A DNA stretch of 64,000 bases from Eledone cirrhosa (Eukaryota). Shown piece after piece: positions 1 through 13,349 of this stretch. A program made the translations under genes and the position numbers. Every line of letters begins with the position of its first letter. The first letter of the stretch is position 1. The notes below the pieces were generated by a model. The model made no database searches. It saw only the letters and a list, made by a program, of their open reading frames with translations, and was not told where the DNA came from. Where the stretch lies: the NCBI GenBank assembly GCA_964016885.1, contig OZ024742.1, forward strand, positions 48,918,001 through 48,982,000, given 5' to 3'.

Positions 1-185
1 ATGTAACAAAGTTCAAATATTTGGTCCGAAAGGCCAAAATATTATACTTTCCCCTTCACAGGGCAAAGTGCAAGGACTTATATCCCTTACACAACAACAC
101 AAAATTCAATAAATAAGTTTTGACAGGTAAATAAATAGACTTACGAGAGCGAGCAAAGAGACGTCCGTTCAGACTAATAATAGTA

Positions 186-340
186 ATTGTTTCTACTTTT
201 GGCACAAGGCCAGCAATTACCAGTACATTACTGGTACTTTATTTTATCAACCCCGTAAAGGATTTGAACTCAGAATGGCAAGGGCCATAACTCTATGCTA
301 CAACACATGGTGTCCGACCCTCTATCGATACTGCCAATCC
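186..340 (-). mobile_element. tRNA-derived SINE (major family), internally deleted copy
   Basis: Minus strand reads ggattggcagtatcg (A box) ... gagttcaaatcc (B box) ... gataaaataaagtaccagt ... ccttgtgccaaaagtagaaacaatt; same sequence as the copies at 13068, 20162, 23000, 24391 and 52410. Confidence 0.85.
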
Positions 341-1504
341 TCAATAATAATGATAATGAGTGGGAACGAAATGTCAAATTATCTTTATTAAGGAAAGCAT
401 TATTCAGATGAGTTATTGATACCACAGTCGGGCCCGATCGATACGGATCGTAACTAGAGTTGTTCATATCGGAAACGCGCGTCACACCTGAATAAAGTTA
501 ATGATGATATACTGAGACCTCATTCAAAGAAGACCATCCTTAGTATAAAACTAAACGTACAATACCACATACTATATTATAAAGGACCCACCTATGCATC
601 GAATGTTCAATATTAACTCAAAGATACAAACCATTAAACTATATATATATATAGTCATATATGTAAAGAGAGAGGTGGGGGGCGATTATATATATATATA
701 TATATATATGCATATATATTTAGACATATATCTGTGTGTGTGCGAATATCTCTATTCATATAAGGATTTGCACGTGTCGATTGATCGAGAGCTTTTTCTT
801 GAATCCGTTTTCTCATTTGTGCTTTTTGTATCTATCTATCTGTCTGTCTATCACTCTACCAAAAGACACCTTTGACTGGTTTGAAATCCTCACTCTCCAA
901 CAGGTTACAAATCTGCTACTTCTGATAAAACTACAACTGTTTCTGTTCTGCTGACGTAGATAACTACATACTTTCATTACCCCCACATTTTTTCCCAATA
1001 CATAACGGAAAAGTGTGTTTCTTTTATATGTCTATAATTTTCAATCATTTGGGATTTCTTGAAATTATTAAATCCAATTTAAAACCTTTGAATTTTGTGG
1101 CGAAATTCACTTGTAAATATATCTTCAGTGGAATTTTACATAGATCTCTTTAATGAACAATGGTGGCCAAATTTGTGTAATTTGATTTACATTTTAATGT
1201 TATTGTTTATTGGCGTTACTATAATATTTCCCTACATATCCATCATCTGTATATTCAGCCATATTTTTTAATTCTCTACTTTCTACACCACCACTATATC
1301 TGCACGTATGTCATCTCTGTTTGTCTGTCTCTCCCCTCTTTCTCTTCATAAGCAAACTATCTATGCTACCCTCAGAATTGTCGACTGTCGACTGACACCA
1401 CTCCCTTGTAACCGTACAATAAACCGATACTGACGCAACAACAAGAGCACACACGTATATATATATATACTCACACACACATACAATCATATATATATTA
1501 TGTC

Positions 1505-2039
1505 AGGTCTATCTTCGGCGCTACTGGTAACGTGTAACCCGGTACAACCTGTGCATGGTCGGCTCGTCGGTGACTAAACAGAGAAGCCCACCACGCTTGC
1601 TTGGTGAGCAGGGTAATTTTGGACATCCTCCGCGATGAAAAACAGAACCCGTCAAAGGGTGGAGGAACCCAAGAGTGTCAACGGCCATCCAATTAAGTAT
1701 TTTTTTTTTATATGGAGCGAGAGACTCCTAGGTTTCATTAATATATCTCTTTAGGAGAAGGTGATTCTTATATAAAGACGAGCGACTTTATTTGCATCCA
1801 ATGATGTAGGCCAGTTCATCTTTTTGGGCAAATGTATTTGATATTGAGAGAGTATTATTGGCCCCGTGAAAAGCCTTTCCACACCAAAAAGTTTCAAGCA
1901 CAGGCATCGCTGGATATGTGACATTTTTAAGATGCATGGTACTGCTGACCATAGCAAGTTACTAACAGGACTAAAAAGCCACGTCTGTGATACACATGCT
2001 TAAGCATCGAATGATGGCATTACTCGAAATCGTGTGGCA

Positions 2040-2047
<8 letters not shown>
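1505..2047 (+). mobile_element. Non-autonomous LINE-derived element (5' UTR-like part plus 3' end), probably RTE-related
   Basis: 5' part (gtacaacctg...gactaaac...ttttggacatcct...gtcaacggccatcc) and 3' end (tactcgaaa...tggcagccatcat) both match 40555-41207 and 58453-59057(-). Confidence 0.55.
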
Positions 2048-2117
<70 letters not shown>

Positions 2118-2119
2118 AT

Positions 2120-2290
2120 ATATAAAACAGTAGTTGTCTGTGTGTGTGTCCTCATTTTTTCAGAGTCTATACAATGCACATTTCTACTCCGATTGACTTC
2201 AAACTTGCATCTATACATTCCTTGCGGTCTAAAGATATTAACTCAAGCTTTTATTTTTCAATTTTCTGTTGTTAAAGGCGCCGGTTATCC
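2120..2290 (-). mobile_element. Possible non-autonomous Helitron/Helentron-like fragment
   Basis: Minus strand aagtttgaagtcaatcgg...acacacagacaactactgttttatatata resembles the 3' ends of DINE/HINE-type elements; recognised by pattern only. Confidence 0.3.
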
Positions 2291-2354
2291 ATCTCCGTCG
2301 CGCCCTTATAATATCGGTCTGTATGCCTGGCTGTCTGCATTACGACGTTCTGAC

Positions 2355-2575
2355 AAATATTGATGACGTATTATGTTCCCTATTTTCCGTTTATTGTCAG
2401 GGAACGTCTTCACGAATCAAAGTATTGTCTTCCTGTTTTCCTTCGGTTGCAACGTTTTTCGAAATATTTACTTCTGCGTTCACAGATTGATTTTCTTTTA
2501 GTTTCAGAAGATCCCGTTAATGGTGGAAGCAGCGATTCTTTGCTTAAATTTTAATAGGTTATTTTAATATTTAAT
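2355..2575 (+). mobile_element. Solo pLTR fragment of PLE family A with decayed hammerhead (2500-2550)
   Basis: Reverse-complement match to 16320-16530; AGTTT-CAGAAGA-TCCC gttaa TGGT-GGAA-GCA..TGC-TT-AAATT. Confidence 0.8.
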
Positions 2576-4001
2576 ATAAGCGAGGCAAGCCAGCCCAGTT
2601 GCACTTCTTGCCAATAAACATTAACCCTTTGTGCGCCATTCATCTAACTGTAGACCAACAAATACCAACTAAACGGAGCATTGACAAGAACGATGGCAAA
2701 TGAATCTTCGAGGTAAGCAGTTTCCGCCCGAGCTGTTAGTTCACGCGGGATTCTCTGCTATACCTTTTCGCAATAATACCGAACAACGTACTGCTGGTCA
2801 ATCCTTCCTCCAAAAGCCGTACAATGCGGACATGTGCATCGGTCAGATGGATCGGGTGCAGATCTACACCAGGCCTACGCGAGAAATTCGCAAGGGTCTA
2901 TACCGAGAGAGATAGAGAGAAAGTGTAACTTAGTGGAAAGAGTGCGAATGAACTTTTGAGGTAAGTAGCCTACGCCTTACTGCTATGACACTGGAACCTG
3001 CTGCCAACTCAACCTGTGATTTTCTCTTTCACATTTACTCCAAAAGGCCAAAACAGAGGAGTATGAAAAGAAGGGGCTTAACAATATTTCTATGAAAAAT
3101 GCACGTAGACAGCTAAACTGTACTTTCAACTTCTTAATTTTCACCAAATAAAACAAGTTTCCTGTCGGTATATTTTCGTGAGTTTTTAACAGGCACTCAC
3201 AAATAAACGTTTCTCATTGGAGGTGGTATTTACCAATGCAACACCGGGATACACTGCTAGTGTATATATGTATATATTTAACCGACTAAAGTCTGTCGGA
3301 TGTGATGCAGATATAATGATGCGTTCAACGATATGTATATATGGTATGAGCCGGAGAATTATTGACTGTTAAATACAACGAAGGTCAAATGCAGTTGTTT
3401 TCAGGTTTATATTCATCTTCATGGTATATATTTCACAGAGGTTGACGGCTAGGTAGTTTTCTTCCTATCCATTCCACTATACTAAGCTCGTTAGATAGTT
3501 TAAAAAATATTTAAACTATTTCATATAACTTTAAAAAAATATTAAATAGTATAAAAATATTCCTCCAAAACACCCAAAAAGTTCTCTGGACAATGTTTTT
3601 TTTATGATACAAGGGAGCGGATGTATTTATTGGTATTGTTTCTATGCCAGTCCGCTCCTGTTTTAACCCTAGCGCTAGGGCGGAAGTGTGGTTCTGTCCC
3701 CAGCTCACGTCACTTCCAGTGGATATCGAAAATAGCAAGTTATCGTTGTAGGATCTAATTCTACACAATGCTCGCCTCCCTCCTCCGCTCTGCCTGCCAG
3801 TGGTTGTTATTTAATTATTTACAGATATATCCACCCACCCCAGTTGTAAGATTCGTCTGCAACACTAACCACCATTAAGTGTAAGTAGCAGAAAAGGGAA
3901 TACATATGGACGAAGTGTAGGAATATTATAGCTAAAATAAGAAGTAAACATGAAATAGATTAAATTGAATGGATATACGTAAAATAGATTACTTAAAATA
4001 G

Positions 4002-4105
4002 TTATAGTTTATACCATACTTATTATATTATAGTTTATACCATACTTATTATATTATAGTTTATACCATACTTATTATATTATAGTTTATACAATACTTA
4101 TTATA
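4002..4105. repeat. Minisatellite, 26 bp x4
   Basis: Unit ttatagtttataccatacttattata repeated four times. Confidence 0.9.
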
Positions 4106-4574
4106 TTGTAAATTTCTGACCATACTTTAATTTAATTTACTTCAATTATTTACACTGGGTCAATCTACTTTATTTAATTATTTATAGCCCTGACACATAG
4201 CTTCTTATCGGCTAGACACGTCAGAGCGAAGATCTAGATCAGTTTCACCGCAGTATACTGCAAGATGTGAGGAATATTCCTACATACACCACCTCACCCC
4301 GGACATTCCCTTTATATCGAAAGATTGCATGAATCTCCTAGGCTGAGGCTACGACATCTGCATGAACTCAATTAAGCATGGATCTAGTGAAGGAGAAAAG
4401 CTCACACACATTGTAGCAATATATACCGCAGTTAAAGTTTAACTATAAAATGAATACTTTATATTCTTTATTTTCTTGTTAAGCTATACCGTAATCTATT
4501 TTAAGTGTCTCTATTTAATAACATATAGTATCTAATTTAATATTCTATTTACTACTATTTATATATTATATGTA

Positions 4575-4615
<41 letters not shown>

Positions 4616-4744
4616 ATAAATGCTCTGAAATAGCGATATATATGTGAAGATAGACATAGAATATTCGAAAATATTCTGTATGTTTATAATAAACATTCTC
4701 GATAAACATTCTCGATAAACATTCTCGATAAAAGCACTGGATAT

Positions 4745-4787
4745 GTAATCCTGAAGATTTCTAATGAGAATGAAACGCGTAGGTTAC
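4745..4787 (+). ncRNA. Minimal type I hammerhead ribozyme
   Basis: GTAATC-CTGAAGA-TTTCT aatg AGAAT-GAAA-CGCG-TA-GGTTAC: stem I GTAATC/GGTTAC, intact core, palindromic stem III ACGCGT, GUA cleavage triplet. Confidence 0.85.
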
Positions 4788-4909
4788 TTCCCTTGCTTTT
4801 ATCGAGAATCTAATTATAATACGTGACGTATTCTATTCTATAGCGATTAGGTCTTCAAAATGTTTATTATAAACATACAGAATATTTTCGAATATTCTAT
4901 GTCTATCTT

Positions 4910-4946
<37 letters not shown>

Positions 4947-4948
<2 letters not shown>

Positions 4949-5135
4949 CGAAGGAAATGTGGTAAGGAACCAGATGGACCATAACGCACCAAAGTACTCA
5001 ATACTTATGGTAGTAGAGTGGGTAATAGGAACGAGTAGGACCCCGACGGCTAATTCTGGACTAAAGATAGTCCAGAGTTAGTCCAGAATTAGCCGTCGAC
5101 ACGGCTTGAGCTCAGCCGTCGGGCTCCTACTCCTT

Positions 5136-5140
<5 letters not shown>
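4947..5140 (-). mobile_element. Short dispersed repeat (likely PLE pLTR 3' end) with 5' fold-back and the 3' half of a hammerhead
   Basis: aacgaaggaaatgtggtaaggaaccagatggacc...; other copies at 24568-24738, 36430-36630, 45751-45946 and 56590-56645; the family carries GAAA-CGGC..GCCG-TC. Confidence 0.7.
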
Positions 5141-5177
<37 letters not shown>

Positions 5178-5191
5178 TATATATATATATA

Positions 5192-7128
5192 GTAATAATA
5201 ATAAATTTGAAGACTAAAATCCAAAGAGGGTTCGATAAGGATAAATATATATCAAATATATAAGAGCCGTAGAGCAAATATTTATTAAAATAACAGATTA
5301 ATGTTTAAGCAAAGAATCGCTGCTTTCACCCTTAACGGGATCTTCTGAAACTAACAAAGTCTATCTGTGAATGCAGAAGAGTATATTTCAAAAAAACGTT
5401 GCAACCGGAGGGAGACAGGAAGACGATACTTTGGTCCGTGGAAACGTTCCCTGGCAAAGAACGGGAAAAAACGAATATAATACGTCATTATTTGGAGCGG
5501 TGAAAAACAATTACACGTGAAAACAAAACCACGTTTATGGTATAAAAGAAGTCGTAGACTAATATTCTATTAGGTGATTCATAGAGACGTTCTCTGGCAA
5601 TGAAGGGAAAAAACGAAGATAATACGTCATTTGTGGAGTGGGGAAAACAATTGCACGCAAAGACAAAACCACGTAAATGGTATAACTGAAGTCATACACT
5701 AAAATTCTAACTAGGAAACCAAATGAATCTCGGCTTCAGAGTTAAGAATAAAGTAAATAAAATATAGAGGTAATTGAAATGAAATAAATACATACACGCA
5801 TCCATATACGTACATACACAAGCATACGCGAAAACACTCGCCATAGGTATACAAATACACGCGCGTACACAGAAAAAAAAGCACACGCACATACAGAACC
5901 CACGCAACGCCTGTACCCGCACGTATACGAGTGTATACACCAAATACACATATAAATATATATTTAAAAAAAAATATATATATATATATGTGTGTGTGTG
6001 TGCCTGTATACATATAATTGAATAAACGTATATAAATAAATAGATACGTATATAACAAGCGCACACACATACCTACATGTAAATACACATATGTTCGGAG
6101 ACGAACGTGAACCAAAACACGAAGTACACATATACACAGACCCTACATACGTACGAACCTGCATACTCACACAGACACAAAACTCGCGTATACACATAAC
6201 CAAAAGCATATGTACCAGAAAATATAATATATACGGCATAACATATACAATCAAATATACGTACGAGAAAGTATACGTACCTTCACAAAACATACAGGTA
6301 ATATATACTTACCTATACAAATAATTAATGGTATAAACATAACATATACTTAGCTACCACACCAAGACGTAAAATATCCGCGTATAGTTCGTACTATCCG
6401 TTAGGGTATAATGTGGGGCTGTAATACAGGAAGGTTTTGTGCAATTTATGTTTACAAGCCAAAATTGCCTCAGATTTTTTGTTTAAGATGTGGTCTTTTG
6501 CGTGGAGTATTTCCAGGGCCTCAGCGGCGCAGAGGTCACATGGTCTTTTATTTCCGTTATACGATCTAGCCCTAGCTAGGATCTCCCAGTGTAACTTATA
6601 TTGGGTGTGGTTGTCTTTTAGACTCCAGATATAAGCTGAAAATTATGAAAATATTCCTTCTTAAAGGGTAACGAAAAGAATGGGTATGCATGTAAAGACG
6701 CTGCTTGAATCTTGAATCTATGTAGGCCCTACGGGTGTGGGTGTTTCAACCTTACATTTGTAGACCATGTTAATAGAGAGGCATTTCGCGGATAGGGGGC
6801 AGTCAACCCGATTCCTACAATTACAATTAGTATTAACTACAGGGTTGCAAGTGTTCCTACTGCTAAGTAGTTTAGCTAAATTTGAAGCTGTGATGTTATG
6901 TGCAAGGTTAGGAGTCATAGAGTAAGAAATTTTAATAGTATTTCTATAAAAAATGTCACTATATTTATGTGTAGGGGAAAATGCCTCATAATAAGGGGGG
7001 GAAAGATCTTAGCTAACTCTGTAGCCACCTCCATATTATATGGTGGGTTATACCATATAAGGCGTCGGGATCTATTTCTTCTAGGTCTATTCTCGTACTC
7101 TTTATATGCTACCTTATCAACAAATCCA
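5192..7128 (-). mobile_element. PLE family A, 5'-truncated copy (RT C-terminus, GIY-YIG, 3' UTR/pLTR with hammerhead at 5302-5352)
   Basis: IWYNPPY, CNCRNRVDCPLSAKCL, VYKCKV peptides; colinear with 16318-18040. Confidence 0.9.
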
Positions 7129-7425
7129 CGCAACATACAGCCACGCACGCACATACAGAACCCACGCAACGCCTGTACCCGCACACATACGAACGTATCC
7201 GCCAAATACACATTAAAAAAAATATATAAAAACATACAAGCTGGTGATATATTCGGCTCGGATAATTCGTAGAGCTATTTCAAATGTCGTGTAGACCCGG
7301 CTACTTTGTTTAGTGGCGCAAATCTACACGACACGCTAAGTTCGGGAACCATCTGCGTTATATACACACACTTTGCAGTTTTCCATTTGATTTAGAAGTA
7401 GAAGTGAGGCGTATACTAATTTCAA

Positions 7426-7506
7426 CACCCACTGATGAGACTGGAATTTGGTATTTATCTTCACAAATAATATTGCGAAACTGTTATACCAATGACCGTC
7501 TGGGTG
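7426..7506 (+). ncRNA. Type I hammerhead ribozyme (distinct family)
   Basis: CACCCA-CTGATGA-[38-nt stem II region]-GAAA-C(T)GTTA..TGAC(C)G-TC-TGGGTG; perfect 6-bp stem I, GUC triplet, one mismatch in stem III. Confidence 0.75.
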
Positions 7507-7749
7507 ATGGTAGTTACCACATCACCAGTTTGTATTTATTTTTCTTAATTTATTTTTAAATTGAGTCCAGCAAACCCTATTGTCTGTAGTTAGTATTTTT
7601 TTCCGCTTAGCGATTTTGGTCCATTACAATTTTAACACATATATCTATGTATGTGTTCGTTTTTTCCTTTTTGTTCAGTTATATACGGCTCGGAAAAGCC
7701 TTTTTCCTAGTGCTAATTTACTGTAATGAAACTATTTTGAGTTTCTAAC

Positions 7750-9612
7750 TCAAAACAAGCTTTTGATATAAAAACATATATACATATACATGTGTGTGTG
7801 TGTGTGTGTGTATACATAATTAAATAAACGATATATAAATATACACACATAAATACGTATATAACGCGTGTACACACACACCCACATGTAAATATACATA
7901 TGTTCGCGGACGTACGTCATCCAAAACAAAAAGTACACATAAAGACACACCCTACATACGTACGAACCCGCATACTCACACAGGCGCAAAACTCGCGTAT
8001 ACACATAACGAAATGCACATGTACCAATATATATAATATAAAGGCCAATAACATATACAAACAAATATACGTACAAGAAAGTATACGTACCTTCACAAAA
8101 CATACAGCTAATATATACTTACCTATACGAATAAGTAATGTTATTAACATAACATGTACTTAGCTACCACATCAAGACGTAAAATATCCGCGTATAGTTC
8201 GTACTATCCGTTAGGGTATAATGTGGGCCTGTAATTCAGGAAAGGTTTGTGCAATTTATGTTTACAAGCCGAAATTGCCTCAGATTTTTTGTTTAAGATG
8301 TGGTCTTTGGCGTAGAGTAATTTCCAGGGCCTCAGCGGCGCAGAGGTCACATGGTCTTTTATTTCCGTTATACGATCTAGCCCTAGCTAGGATCTCCCAG
8401 TGTAACTTATATTGCGTGTTGTTGTCTTTTAGACTCCAGATATAAGCTGAAAGTGACGTCATATTCCTTCTTAAAGGGTTAAGAAAAGAATGGGTATGCA
8501 TGTAAAGACGCTGCTTGAATGTTGAATCTATGTAGGCCCTACGGGTGTGGGTGTTTCAACCTTACATTTGTAGACAATGTTAATAGAGAGGCATTTCCCG
8601 GATAGGGGGCAGTCAACCTGATTCCTACAATTACAGTTATTACTAGCTACAGGGTTGCACGTGTTCCTACGGCTAGGTAATTTAGCTAAATTTGAAGCTG
8701 TGATGTTATGTGCAAGTTTAGGAGTTGTAGAGTAAGAAATTTTAATGGTATTTCTATTAAAAATGTTCCTATATTTATGTGCTGGGGGAAAATGCTTCAT
8801 AATAAGGGAGAGAAAGATCTTAGCTAATGGCCTGGCCACCTCCATATTATATGGTGGGTTATACAATATGAGGCGTCGGGATCTATTTCTTCTAGGTCTA
8901 TTCTCGTATAAGCTACCTTATCGAAAAGTCCACTCCGAACAAGAGCTTCATTGTAATATGTGGAATGGTCGTTGAAAATATGCTCATTTGTAGATAGACG
9001 GGAAAGCCTCAAAGAAACGTTTCTTACCAGGTTCTTGGTTATGCTGGCAGGATGGTTAAAATGCTTACTTATGTAATTAAACGAATCATTCGGCTTTCTA
9101 TACGGGTTATGCAAGCCATTCGACAAATCAAGTGTAACGTCGAGCTAATAACGACCGAGAGGTTGGCCTCAACCTGTATGGAGAGGTTGAAGCCTTTAAA
9201 AAAGCATGTGTGTTATTTTCTGAACCTGTCGCAAGCACGTGGGCCGCACTTTGTCAGGGTCAAAAGACCGTTGTTACGGTACAAACCACCGCCCACGTTG
9301 GGGAAATCTTCCTTGATAGGGAAAAGAAGGAAACACCGACTTACGGGCATTGAGGATGACATCAACTTCAAAATCCTTAACCACTGTGAATGTTTTAGCA
9401 AAATTGATAGCTCTAAGAAGAAGTGGTAAAGTGATGGAGGAATAGTAATTATTGATGTCGAATTGGATAAAACGGCAATATTATCTTTCCACGAACCAAA
9501 GTAACATCTTCCTGTCTTCCTTCGGTTGCAACGTTTTTTGAAATATTCACTTCTGCGTTCACAGATTGACTGTTTTAGTTTCAGAAGATCCCGTTAAGTG
9601 TGAAAGCAGCAA
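7750..9612 (-). mobile_element. PLE family A, deleted copy with inverted pLTR piece at its 5' junction (9489-9612, +)
   Basis: GGGLYRNNGL, YRKPND..YISKH.NHP, CNCR..CPLSGKCL, WEILARARSYNG..CDLC; the inverted pLTR holds part of the CAGAAGA hammerhead. Confidence 0.9.
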
Positions 9613-10190
9613 TACGTTATACATATTTACAGAAACAGAAAAAATGAAATTTCATTTCTCACGCTTAGTACGGCTGATACTTAAATATAAGTATGTATAC
9701 AGACATACATATATGTATACAGACGTACAGTAGTATGTATATACATACATACATGCACACATATATATATGTACGTATGGGTTTACCGAACATTTATTAT
9801 AATGCTCGGTTTGTTTGTAAACAAACAGCCTGAATTATTAGCCGTACAGTGTTCGGCAACCATCGTTGCCATGTTGTTCAACTCTGATAAAGGAACGATA
9901 ACTTGTTGCTAGCGTATTAGCTGTCATCAGCACCGTATACCTTCCTGTCAGTACGCCCGGCGGACTAACTCACTCGATATGCAAATTAGGCTGCTCAGCC
10001 GTTAATATGCATAAGGAATGTATATACTTTCAAACGTTCAATTGAATGACAGGAAGGTATACGGTGCTGATGACAGCTAATAAGCTAGAATCTAGTTCAT
10101 CGTTCCTTTGTCAGTGTTGAACAAAAGCTAAGATGTTTCCATAGGTGGCATGCCGTTTTAGCACTCTATGCTCTTACAGAGCAGAGTGTG

Positions 10191-10512
10191 ATAGAATAGA
10201 AAACGAAAAATCAGTGATGCATCTGAACTCAATTTATTGTGTAATACAATTGTTTCGCCTGCGGACAAATCGAGACGCGATCATCGTGTGGATCTGTTTG
10301 ATTCTGGACCTGCAGGTTCGACGGACACTTCTAATGATTTTGGAGCATATTCTCTCACTCCGAAATCGTTAGACGTGTCCGTCGAACCTGCGGGTCCAGA
10401 ATCAGACAAATCCACACAATGATCGCGTCTCCAGCTGTCCGCCGGCGAAGCAATTGTAACACACAATAAATTGAGTTAAGATGCATCACTCATTTTTCGT
10501 TTTCTATTCTAT
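10191..10512. repeat. ~320 bp imperfect palindrome (MITE-like or fold-back pLTR)
   Basis: Arms atagaatagaaaacgaaaaat...ttttggag and ctccgaaat...atttttcgttttctattctat are reverse complements around a ~12-nt loop. Confidence 0.9.
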
Positions 10513-11081
10513 ATAGAGAGATAGATAGATAGATAGATAGATATACATATTTATATATACATACATATTCTTATATATTCACACACACACACACACACAT
10601 ATACATATATATATATGTATATATAGGTGTTTGAGTGTATGTGTGTGTGTGTGTGTGTATGTATATATACATATGCACATTGATATATACACACTTTACT
10701 TCCACACAAACAGATATCCATATATTTATATAAATCCATTATCTATCATATTTTCTATTTTTATATAAATCTATTTATCTGTACAGTCAAATCTAATATA
10801 CATGTGTGTGTGTGTATATGTGTGTGCATGCGTGGATATGTATATTTAGAGGAAACTCGAGGTGGGGCTATCAAATATTTAGAATTGTAATAGATACTGC
10901 GATGCTCGCAGCGATCCTACGTGTAATCCTATTTTAATTTTAAAGAATACGTCTATTTTGAATAGCCATAATTATCACTTCTAGCCACGAAATAAGTATC
11001 TGTGAAGTTATATATATATAATTTATACACGGACACTCAGACAGACATACATATACACAAACACACACACACGCCACACAC

Positions 11082-11139
<58 letters not shown>

Positions 11140-11151
<12 letters not shown>

Positions 11152-11381
11152 TAAAATAACAGATTAAAGTTTAAGCAAAGAATCACTGCTTTCACCCTTA
11201 ACGGGATCTTCTGAAACTAGTTTAGTTTCAGAAGATCTCGTTAAGGGTGAAAGCACCAATTCTTTGCTTTAACTTTAATCTGTTATTTTAATAAATATTT
11301 GCTCTACGGTTCTTATATATTTGATATATATTTATCCTTATCGAGCCCCCTTTGGATTTTAGTCTTCAAATTTATTATTAT

Positions 11382-11386
<5 letters not shown>
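11140..11386 (+). mobile_element. Solo family A pLTR 3' end with inverted duplicate: two opposed hammerheads (11168-11218 -, 11224-11274 +) within (TA)n
   Basis: ...ctgaaactagtttagtttcagaaga...; terminus gtcttcaaatttattattattac matches 5192 and 24826. Confidence 0.85.
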
Positions 11387-11434
<48 letters not shown>

Positions 11435-11453
11435 TATATGCATATGTATATAA

Positions 11454-11487
<34 letters not shown>

Positions 11488-13067
11488 ACGTGTGTGTATG
11501 TATGTGTGTCTGTGTGTGTGTGCGTTTGTGTGTGTGTGTGTGTGTGTGTAGACATGTAGTTATGTTTGATTATATTCCAAAATTAGAAACTGGTCAATAG
11601 AATTACCTGGCATCACTCGCTATGCAACCGCAGCAAGGAGAACAAGACCCACATGAATCAAATATTCAAATAGTAGCGAATTATTGAAGGAACACAATTT
11701 TATTTGAACTGGGAACTTGTGGATGGATATAGTTTACCGAAGGCATAGTAAAGAGAGAAAAAGATATCGTTCTGGTGTGGAAGAGTAAAAAATGTAATGT
11801 TTCCGTCCCTTTCCGCCCCTCTGTGATTGTAAAGGGGAGAAAGTGGAATTATAACTTCCATTACCGATGGAAAGCATTTCTTCCTTTTTTCCTTTGTTCT
11901 CCTTTTTTCTCTCGAGGTGTTGCCCGTCGACATCACAATATCTTTGGAAGCTTCCAAATTACATTAGGAACATTCCATTTTTAATACTCATGAATAGCAT
12001 CATTTTCTATACATATATCCAAAATGATGGTTGTAGTAGTTGTAGGACTAATGATCTCTGGATATTGTGTTATTGTTTTAGAAAAATCCTGATTAACATT
12101 CTTTTAAGACTGGTGTTTTAAATATTGGCCCTTCTTTTTCCGTATCCTTTTTGCATTAATGTTTTCGTCAATAATAAATTATTTGTCTCATTATTTAAAC
12201 ATCAGAGGTAGAGATAAAATTGATTGAAATGCTTTCTGTCTGGAATGCAATTATCGCACGTTTAACTATTAAATATATATATAATTCGTGGATAGTGTTA
12301 TACTTATTATCAGCTGCAGCCGTTATTAAATACAAGTTTCTCAACACCATTTATGTTAAATATAGTTCGTTAACAAAGAATTTCTATCGCCCAGAAAACA
12401 AAACTCTCGAGATTTTGTATAATAAATGCCTCCAAGCTAAAGCGGTCTCTTTTAAATATATATTATACTTGATATGATGAGCATTAGAGAAAATATGCTT
12501 TCTTTCTGAAGTTTAAAGATGATTGACGACATTTTTATAAACGCGTGGCTGACAACAGGAATTAAGGCATCGGACACATTCCACAAGGGTCGTGCTTCAA
12601 GAGACAACGTAAGCAATTGCCTTTTTGAAACCAAGCAATCATTTTCTTCAGTCTTGTGAAACATGTTTTTTTTTGTTTTTTTGTTTTTTTTTTCTTTTTA
12701 ACATTTCGTTGCCATTTTGTAACTCTTCAGAGATTACTGTTTTGAAAATTAAAATCTATTTAGCACATTACCCCAGTTGCTTCCTTTAGATAGTCCTCTG
12801 TTACGGTCATAATAGTTATATGGCGTTGGATTGATATCATCATAAGCAACCCCGGACCAACAACGGTAAACTAATAGGGGAGATGGAGCTATGGGTGACA
12901 ACTGTAGCTCATAAGAAAACTATCACAACCCAGTAATGTAGATATGACGCGGCCAGTAAAAGCTGCCTCTAAAAAAGCCTATTCTTCGGGGATTTGAGAA
13001 AGTACCATATTGTGGACTGACGTGAACAAGATCACCAAAACCTCAATAAGGTGTGAGGTAAGAAAAA

Positions 13068-13260
13068 TAATTGTTTCTACCTTCGGCACAAGGCCAGCAA
13101 ATTACCCAGTGTAATACTGGTACTTTATTTTATCGACCCCATAAGGATGAAAGGCAAAGTTAACCGCAGCGGGATTTGAACTCAGAATGGCAAGGGCCGT
13201 AACTCTATGCGTCAAATCATGGCGTCCGACCCTCTACTGATACTGCCAATCCACCGCCTA
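13068..13260 (-). mobile_element. tRNA-derived SINE, full-length
   Basis: A box, B box (gagttcaaatccc), core ctttgcctttcatccttatggggtcgataaaataaagtaccag. Confidence 0.9.
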
Positions 13261-13349
13261 TAGGTAAGAAAAATAATCACACCGCATCGTCTTTCGCGCA
13301 GATGGACGCACAAAGATTGCGTATCTCCAGACCTGTAAGTAGATCCGGA

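Noticed and set aside
4002-4105. Regular short repeats suggesting a CRISPR array (also 4689-4731 and 48378-48600)
   Set aside because: No spacers; head-to-tail minisatellites in a eukaryotic context
4185-4230. Hammerhead-like string CTGACAC-ATAGCT..GGCTA-GACA-CG-TC
   Set aside because: Three core mismatches and a poor stem I; at most a relic
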